DNA of 64,000 nucleotides from a virus (Duplodnaviria; Heunggongvirae; Uroviricota; Caudoviricetes): IMG/VR virus record IMGVR_UViG_2880412407_000002; one strand, 5' to 3'. Shown piece by piece: positions 57,197 to 64,000 of this stretch (position 1 is its first letter; each line of letters starts with the position of its first letter). The notes under the pieces were generated by a model. It saw only the letters and a program-made list of their open reading frames with translations, ran no database searches and was not told where the DNA came from. The position numbers and the translations under genes were made by a program.

Positions 57197-57610
57197 ATGG
57201 CAAAAGTATTTACACAGGAAGAGCGGGAAAAAATTAAAGGGCAGGTTGTTGAGCTAGTACGCCGGAGTGGGCGCGAGACGTTACGGCAACTGGAAGCCAA
57301 GACAGGTGCGACAAGATATCTGATGAGCGTTCTTGCCAGAGAGCTGGTTGCCAGTGGCGATGTATACAACTCTGGTTACGGGTTATTCCCATCTGAACAG
57401 GCTCGTAAGGACTGGCAAAACGCCCGCAAAAAACTATCGAGGGCAAAACTGAAGAAACCGGTTGTGGTTGATCCTGACCTTATCTGGTCATTACCAGACG
57501 GAGAAATACGCCGCTATGACAGGCAATTGAACATAATTTGTAGTGAGTGCCGTAACAGTGAAGTGATGCAGCGAGTTTTGATATTTTACACAGGAGTAAT
57601 GATGGAATAG
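57197..57610 (+). CDS. Hypothetical protein conserved in both prophages
   Basis: Homolog of 8354-8776. Confidence 0.5.
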   Translation: MAKVFTQEEREKIKGQVVELVRRSGRETLRQLEAKTGATRYLMSVLARELVASGDVYNSGYGLFPSEQARKDWQNARKKLSRAKLKKPVVVDPDLIWSLPDGEIRRYDRQLNIICSECRNSEVMQRVLIFYTGVMME

Positions 57611-57961
57611 TGAAAATAACATGAAACCTTTGGATTCTGGTGTTTCAGTGGATGGGAAAAGAGCAGATACATAGAAAATGAATAGCAATAATTCACAGTC
57701 TGGATGTTGTTTGTATGCTTATAAAATGATCCTAGTATGCATTGCCGGAGTTGAATCAGCTCCAATGAAGAAACTGAGAGGAGTATTTAGAAGATAGCTA
57801 AATGGATGTAATTATTAGTATCTAAAAAATAGTATTTTTGAAATGGGTCTAAGAACACAACAATGTACAAATGAGAAGTTATCTTTTAATATGTTCAAAG
57901 ACCCATTAGGATTGATATCAGTTATGTTAGCTAGATTGATAAAGTGATTACATATTTTCTG

Positions 57962-58735
57962 TTATATGCTGAAATGAATAATGCTATTCCAGAGTGCAGC
58001 AGAGAAAGTCTCCTGATGATTGAGCTCTGGAAATTGTACAATAGAAAAATTACTGTATTTTTCTGTCAAAATATTTCTCAAAACAGATTCCGCTTTGATG
58101 GCTTCAGGATATAAAGATGCGGAGTAATCAAGGCTAAGATTTCCGTTAAGCAAGCATATACTTTTAGTGTGCTTTGATTCTGATATATCATCTTTAATTA
58201 TCTTGATGATTCTTTCATTCTGCCATAGAAGTGATGGTGCAGATATATAATAATAGTTAAAGCATGAATTATTTTTTAAGCAATCAAGCACAAAAATAGC
58301 ACCTAGCGAGTGCCCACATATACCGATTCTGGAACTGTTCGGAGCAATAGTACTAACCCATGGCATGATCTGAGTTAGTAATAATTCTCGGAAAGACTGG
58401 CTTCCTCCACCAGTAAAGTAGATCCATGCTGGTTTAGAGTTATCAACAATAGCATTTTCACCATCAGGAGTATAATCGTAAGCACGGCGATGAATGCTAA
58501 GGTTATTCCAAGATTCATAACCAAGTGTAACTAACACTGGTGGATTGGGTAGTGCATCAATAACAGGCAGAATATCAGAAATGTAATTGTTGGCACTATT
58601 CCCATCAAGTATATAAAGAGTTGCATTATTTTTTTTAATGTTTTTTGGAGTAAAAATACATATTTTATATTTGGTGTCATGGTTAATTGAGTTAAATATG
58701 CGTGTTTGACAATGAATGTCCATATGTTTAGTCAT
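57962..58735 (-). CDS. Alpha/beta-hydrolase esterase (esterase D / Fes-like family) in a low-GC island
   Basis: 257 aa with LDGNS and GHSLGA (GxSxG) motifs; no signal peptide; markedly AT-rich. Confidence 0.6.
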   Translation of the reverse strand: MTKHMDIHCQTRIFNSINHDTKYKICIFTPKNIKKNNATLYILDGNSANNYISDILPVIDALPNPPVLVTLGYESWNNLSIHRRAYDYTPDGENAIVDNSKPAWIYFTGGGSQSFRELLLTQIMPWVSTIAPNSSRIGICGHSLGAIFVLDCLKNNSCFNYYYISAPSLLWQNERIIKIIKDDISESKHTKSICLLNGNLSLDYSASLYPEAIKAESVLRNILTEKYSNFSIVQFPELNHQETFSAALWNSIIHFSI

Positions 58736-59339
58736 GCGTTCTCCCCATGAGCATTAAAGGATGCTTAAGATATGCTATGTCACTGATAAAAAATTTGTTG
58801 TGTGTGTTTAGTTATTTTATCTACCTCCATTATGATTTAAGACTGATATATGTTATCAGCAAAGGTACATCGTTATTATTTTACCTGTCAATACATTTGA
58901 TATTGATTATCGTTTACATCGCTTGCTTAGGAAATTGAAGGCAGGTAACTATCATGTCAATGAACTAACCCACAGTCTAACGTACTTCTTTCCCCAATCA
59001 CCAACAACCAAATTCCTGTTATCACCACTGGGATTTTGGCGCAACTTCATGGTGCAGAGGTAAATAGCATCAAGCAAAATCTCTTTTTCCGTTGTTGTCC
59101 TTATGGGACGTCTGTCTTTCTGACCGATTTCATATTGGCGAGGTAATGGGAAGTTAAGTAGAATAGCTGCGGGTGCTTGAGGCTATCTGCCTCGGGCATG
59201 AACACCAACGGCAGATAGAGAAAAGCCCCAGTTAACATTACGCGTCCTGCAAGACGCTTAACATTAATCTGAGGCTCAATCTATGAACGGCAAATCTAGG
59301 TTAGCCTCTTACGTGCCGAAAGGCAAGGAGAAGCAGGCT

Positions 59340-59495
59340 ATGAAGCAGCAAAAGGCGATGTTAATCGCCCTGATCGTCATCTGTTTAACCGTCATAGTGA
59401 CGGCACTGGTAACGAGGAAAGACCTCTGCGAGGTACGAGTCCGAACCGGCCAGACGGAGGTCGCTGTCTTCACAGCTTACGAACCTGAGGAGTAA
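59340..59495 (+). CDS. hok: Hok-family type I toxin; mok-like extension from 59283
   Basis: Protein identical to the hok at 11985-12140. Confidence 0.75.
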   Translation: MKQQKAMLIALIVICLTVIVTALVTRKDLCEVRVRTGQTEVAVFTAYEPEE

Positions 59496-59662
59496 GAGAC
59501 CTGGCGGGGGAGAAATCCCTCGCCACCTCTGATGAATCAGGCATCCTCAACGCACCCGCACTTAACCCGCTTCGGCGGGTTTTGTTTTTTCCTGGCATTC
59601 TGGTTTACAATTCGCACGCCAGCCTGAACAACTGGCACCTGCTGCGCCAGCAGAGACAACCG

Positions 59663-59941
59663 ATGGCGCACGATACCAAATTATACAATTCTGATGATTC
59701 TGCCGTCTTTGCCAGCAGGCGCGGACGGTGTTTTCACGCATTCAAATCTGACTGGTACCAGCATCCCCCATGCACTGAAGAACAGGCCGAATGGCTCATT
59801 CAGTGTTACCGCAGGCGCGGATGCGAGGTTAAAAAAGCCCTTAGCCTCGACTACCGTCACTGGATAATCTCCGTCAGGCTCCCTTACTCCGAACAGCCAC
59901 CGCGTCCGTCCCGCACATTCCAGCAACGGATCTGGAGGTAA
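59663..59941 (+). CDS. Small protein conserved in both prophages
   Basis: Homolog of 12308-12586. Confidence 0.45.
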   Translation: MAHDTKLYNSDDSAVFASRRGRCFHAFKSDWYQHPPCTEEQAEWLIQCYRRRGCEVKKALSLDYRHWIISVRLPYSEQPPRPSRTFQQRIWR

Positions 59942-59942
59942 T

Positions 59943-60991
59943 GTGCGGGTATTACTTCGACCTGTTCTGGTACCGGAACTCGGTCTGGTTATCGTTAAGC
60001 CAGGCCGTGAATCCATGCGGGTATTTCATGGCGGCAGGGTGCTGGTGGAGTCTGAACCGAAAAGCATGCGTAATCTGCCGTCCGGGGTCGTTCCTGCCGT
60101 TCGCCAGCCGCTGGCGGAAGATAAATCATTACTGCCATTTTTCAGCAATGAGCGTGTGATTCGTGCTGCTGGTGGCGCTGGTGCACTGTCTGACTGGTTA
60201 TTACGTCACGTTAAATCCTGCCAGTGGCCTCATGGTGATTATCATCACAGCGAAACTGTCATACATCGTTACGGTACCGGCGCGATGGTGTTGTGCTGGC
60301 ACTGCGACAACCAGCTGCGCGACCAGACATCCGAATCACTTGAGCAACTTGCTCAACAAAACCTGTCAGCATGGATGATTGACGTCATCCGCCACGCAAT
60401 GAATGGCATACAGGAACGGGAATTATCGCTGGCTGAATTATCCTGGTGGGCAGTCTGCAATCAGGTGGTGGACGCATTACCTGAGGCAGTATCGCGTCGT
60501 TCTCTGGGATTACCGGCGGAAAAAATCCGCTCCGTATACCGTGAAAGCGACATCATACCGGGAGAACAGACCGCCACCAGCATACTGAAGCAGCGCACAA
60601 AAATATTGCGCTACCGCCTCACACCCACCAGCAACAGAACCCACCACAGGAAAAGACGGTGGTCAGCATTGCCGTTGATCCGGAGTCTCCGGAATCCTTC
60701 ATGAAACGACCTAAACGTCGCCGCTGGGTAAATGAGAAATACACACGCTGGGTAAAGACACAGCCGTGTGCGTGTTGTGGTAAGCCAGCGGACGATCCTC
60801 ATCATCTGATTGGTCATGGTCAGGGTGGAATGGGAACAAAATCCCACGATATTTTCACGCTACCGCTGTGTCGGGAGCATCACAACGAGCTTCATGCGGA
60901 TCCGCTGGCGTTCGAAGAAAAGCATGGTTCCCAGGTTGATTTAATTTTTCGTTTTCTTGATCACGCTTTTGCAACCGGCGTGCTCGGGTAA
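59943..60991 (+). pseudogene. DUF968-type gene split by a 1-nt deletion in an A run (A5 at 60599-60603, A6 in prophage 1)
   Basis: Two overlapping ORFs (253 and 110 aa) collinear with the intact 349-aa ORF at 12588-13637. Confidence 0.55.
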
Positions 60992-61003
60992 AAGAGGTTA
61001 CTG

Positions 61004-61375
61004 ATGCGTATAGAGTTTGTTTTGCCTTACCCGCCGACGGTGAACACCTACTGGCGACGTCGTGGCAGCACATATTTTGTATCAAAAGCCGGTGAGCGTT
61101 ATCGCCGGGCTGTGGCGCTTATTGTTCGCCAGCAGCGGCTGAAATTAAGCCTGTCCGGACGGCTGGCAATAAAAATTATTGCAGAACCACCGGATAAGCG
61201 CCGCCGTGACCTGGACAACATTCTGAAAGCACCGCTGGATGCGCTGACGCATGCGGAAGTGCTCATTGATGACGAGCAGTTTGATGAAATCAATATTGTG
61301 CGCGGTCAGCCTGTGCCAGGTGGACGGCTGGGCGTGAAGATTTACGAAATCAGAGGTGGTAACGATGGCGCGTGA
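61004..61375 (+). CDS. rusA: Holliday junction resolvase RusA
   Basis: 123 aa, about 90 percent identical to 13650-14009. Confidence 0.8.
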   Translation: MRIEFVLPYPPTVNTYWRRRGSTYFVSKAGERYRRAVALIVRQQRLKLSLSGRLAIKIIAEPPDKRRRDLDNILKAPLDALTHAEVLIDDEQFDEINIVRGQPVPGGRLGVKIYEIRGGNDGA

Positions 61376-61736
61376 TATCCAGATGGTTCTTGAGCGATGG
61401 GGGGCATGGGCAGCAAATAATCATGAAGATGTAACATGGCCCTCGATAGCTGCTGGTTTTAAAGGATTAATCCCGACTAAAGTGAAATCACGTCCTCAGT
61501 GTTCTGATGATGACGCCATGATAATTTGTGGTTGTATGGCACGATTAAACAAGAATAATCAGTATTTGCACGATTTGTTGGTGGATTATTACGTAGGTGG
61601 AATGACATTTATGGCTCTTGCACGTAAGCATAGATGTTCTGATGGGCTTATTGGTAAAAGGCTTTATAAAGCGGAAGGTATTATTGAAGGAATGCTTATG
61701 GCTCTGAATGTCCGGTTAGATATGGATATGCGGTAG
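61365..61736 (+). CDS. Late antiterminator Q (DLP12 QuuD-like)
   Basis: [25 protein letters not shown]... recalled as matching QuuD. Confidence 0.65.
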   Translation: MARDIQMVLERWGAWAANNHEDVTWPSIAAGFKGLIPTKVKSRPQCSDDDAMIICGCMARLNKNNQYLHDLLVDYYVGGMTFMALARKHRCSDGLIGKRLYKAEGIIEGMLMALNVRLDMDMR

Positions 61737-61887
61737 GGATATATAGTGATGAGGGTTATGTTTTCTATGTTTATAATTAACATGTTTATTTTTTGATGGT
61801 CATGTATTGTGGAAGGTAGATAAAATGTTGCCTGGTGAATTGAAAATATTGATAATCAATCTTCATCATTAAATAAAAGGAGTGCTT

Positions 61888-62706
61888 ATGTGGATTGTGT
61901 TAGTACTGTCACTGTCAACTCTCAGTTGGCATAAGGTAGTGGCTTTTTCATTGTTGACGGTGTCTGTTGTCCTGGCTGTGCTTAATGATATTATTGATTG
62001 GTCGGTGTTATTTTTTGTTGCTACAATCGTTTTTTTTATTATTTTGAAGTTCAACTGGAAATATAACGCCTGGGCTAAATCTATATATGAAGTTGGCATA
62101 GTTTTATCAGCCATAGCATTATCTTTCCATCTATGGCCAGGGTTTCACAATCCTGTAGTGCTAAATTCTGTTACTGTTGGCCCTCAGAGTACTCCCTATA
62201 CAATGTATTTTAATTTTGATAAAGCGCTGGTGCCATTTTTGTTAGTCCTGTGTACATCTTCTTTGTTTAAAAAAGAAGTAAAATCAGAAGTGTCTTTGTG
62301 GAAGTGGGGGGCTCTGTCGCTCTCTGTTCCTCTTATCCTGTTTTTGGCTGTTTTTTTTGGTGGATTAAAGCCAGAGATTCATTTTCCTGAGTGGTTGCCA
62401 GAGTTTATATTGGCTAATTTGTTTTTTGTGTCTCTGGCAGAGGAATCATTATTTAGAGGGTATATTCAATCACGGCTATCAGAAGTAACGTCTCCATTGG
62501 TTGCATTAATTGTGGCGGCTTTGTTGTTTGGTTTTTATCACTATTCAGGTGGTGCTTTACTTGTATTATTTGCCACGTTATCTGGTGTTGTGTATGGATT
62601 GTCATGGATGTGGAGTGGGCGTTTGTGGGTTGCCACCCTTTTCCATTTTGGTTTGAATCTGTGTCACTTGTTATTCTTTACCTATCCATTTTTAAAACAT
62701 AATTGA
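61888..62706 (+). CDS. CPBP-family (CAAX protease / Abi, PF02517-like) intramembrane metalloprotease
   Basis: Multi-TM protein with EExxxR (LAEESLFRG), FxxxH (FGFYHY) and HxxxN (HFGLN) motifs; low GC; directly downstream of Q. Confidence 0.6.
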   Translation: MWIVLVLSLSTLSWHKVVAFSLLTVSVVLAVLNDIIDWSVLFFVATIVFFIILKFNWKYNAWAKSIYEVGIVLSAIALSFHLWPGFHNPVVLNSVTVGPQSTPYTMYFNFDKALVPFLLVLCTSSLFKKEVKSEVSLWKWGALSLSVPLILFLAVFFGGLKPEIHFPEWLPEFILANLFFVSLAEESLFRGYIQSRLSEVTSPLVALIVAALLFGFYHYSGGALLVLFATLSGVVYGLSWMWSGRLWVATLFHFGLNLCHLLFFTYPFLKHN

Positions 62707-62847
62707 TTTTTTCTATGGTTTTAAATTTATAAGACTGAAAAATAGCAGGACGTGACATTTGCATGAAAAATATGCACGGCAAAGCATTTACGTACGTAAA
62801 AAATCAGGTATGCTGTTAAGAGTGGTTATTTCGCCGCATAGCTTGAC

Positions 62848-62869
62848 CCCGCCTCTGAGCGGGTTTTTT
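62848..62869 (+). terminator. tR'-like terminator
   Basis: CCCGC-CTCTGA-GCGGG hairpin followed by TTTTTT. Confidence 0.45.
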
Positions 62870-62992
62870 GTGCCCGCAAAGTAGCGCAGTGCGTTAAATG
62901 TGCTGGTAGTTATTAATACAGGTCTTTCAGCTTGCTGGCTTTTTCGGCAAGAGTTATTGGTGTGTCACGTTAACCGGAAAGGGTAAAAAGAC

Positions 62993-63190
62993 ATGCTGAA
63001 ACAGCAGGATATGACAGAAACCGCCAGAGTTGTGTTTGATGAATTAAGCGTCACCGAACCGGCGACAGTCGGGGAGATTGCGCAGAATACTTACCTTTCA
63101 CGCGAACGCTGCCAGTTAATACTGACCCAGCTTGTTATGGTGGGTCTGGCAGACTATCAGTGCGGTTGTTACAGACGCCTTCAGTCCTGA
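62993..63190 (+). CDS. Small late-region protein
   Basis: 65 aa, near-identical to 14790-14987. Confidence 0.4.
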   Translation: MLKQQDMTETARVVFDELSVTEPATVGEIAQNTYLSRERCQLILTQLVMVGLADYQCGCYRRLQS

Positions 63191-63327
63191 AGGCTTTTTT
63201 ATTTGTGGTAAATGGGCGGCTGGTGGGTGTTAGCGGCACCTGTCAGTCCTTTGCTTATGTGTTGATGATAATTTACCTTTTGGGGCTATAATTGAACTAA
63301 CCAATTGCTAATGAAAGTAAAATTATA

Positions 63328-64000
63328 ATGGTTGTTGTCTGTTCAGTTATCATGGTTTGCTCCCCAATTAATATTTTTCTTGAAAAGGATACGTTGTCAC
63401 TTAAGCCCGGCTCAGTCGTTCTGGCCACCAAATGCATCAGGGCGCTTTTCCTTATGCATTATGGCAAAGTTAAAATTTTCGATATAAACCATTCCATAGT
63501 AAGTCAATATCTGGAAATTCAGCATAAGCTGACAAGAACTCATCTGACTGACGTTCCGCTTTATCTGTCACTGGAACCCAACAACCCTGCGTTGGCTGAG
63601 GCTTTAATTACCAGCCAGAGATTTTCCGGAGATACCACGGATATGTTTCTTATGATGGCATGCCTGTCGCTGTTTGAATCAGATGAACGGATATTATTAT
63701 TTTTAAGTGGATGTTTATCCAGTATAAGTGCCAAAGTCAGGGCGATAATTCAGACAGATATATCAGCAAGCTGGACGCTTGGTGCGATTGCGTTACGCCT
63801 GCATATGAGTGAGAGTTTGTTAAAGATAAAACTGAAAAATGAAGGGCACATGTTCAGTCGCTTGTTGCTGGAAGAGCGGATGCGTGTTGCTGTGAATATG
63901 TTATGTTCCCGGCATGGATATGGACAGGCTGTAGCAGAAAAATGCGGTTATTCAAGCTGGTCCTACTTTATTTCTGTATTTCACCGCTATTATGGCTTCC
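63328..64000 (+). CDS. AraC-family transcriptional regulator, 3'-truncated by the window edge
   Basis: Open frame from ATG 63328 to the window end with no stop; C-terminal AraC-type HTH (SWTLGAIALRLHMSESLLKIKLK...QAVAEKCGYSSWSYFISVFHRYYGF). Confidence 0.55.
   Translation, partial: MVVVCSVIMVCSPINIFLEKDTLSLKPGSVVLATKCIRALFLMHYGKVKIFDINHSIVSQYLEIQHKLTRTHLTDVPLYLSLEPNNPALAEALITSQRFSGDTTDMFLMMACLSLFESDERILLFLSGCLSSISAKVRAIIQTDISASWTLGAIALRLHMSESLLKIKLKNEGHMFSRLLLEERMRVAVNMLCSRHGYGQAVAEKCGYSSWSYFISVFHRYYGF

Larger units (their letters stand above)
45929..64000. mobile_element. Lambdoid prophage 2 (left 18 kb; continues beyond the window)
   Basis: Second int-xis-exo module followed by distinct immunity, replication, Q and cargo genes. 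Confidence 0.8.

Overview
The window holds two lambdoid (Rac/Qin/lambda-mosaic) prophages in tandem, most likely from an Escherichia-like Enterobacteriaceae genome, separated by a 60-nt tRNA-Ser 3' fragment that looks like a shared att core. Prophage 1 (1 to about 45.7 kb) appears complete: int-xis-exonuclease, dicB with a DicF-like RNA, a RacR/YdaS/YdaT-type immunity switch, an iteron-containing replication gene, accessory genes, hok/sok, DUF968, rusA, a Q-like gene, an orphan DNA methyltransferase, nanS-p, an S21-type lysis cassette, lambda-like terminase, head and tail genes (W, B, protease-capsid fusion, Z, U, V, G/GT, H, M, L, K, I, J, lom, stf) and a low-GC LRR effector-like cargo gene. 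Prophage 2 (45.9 kb to the window end) carries a different immunity region with a ParE/RelE-type toxin-antitoxin pair, a DnaC-like helicase loader, a low-GC esterase island, hok/sok, a frameshifted DUF968 gene, rusA, a QuuD-like Q, a CPBP-family membrane protease and a partial AraC-family regulator. No stx genes, intact tRNAs or CRISPR arrays were found. Eight single-base deletions in homopolymer runs interrupt seven otherwise conserved genes, which suggests sequencing error as much as real gene decay. All identifications rest on reading the translated ORFs and remembered family features; no database search was run. The strongest candidates for something new are the CPBP protease at the Q-downstream cargo position, the esterase island, the LRR effector-like gene and the divergent DicF-like RNA.
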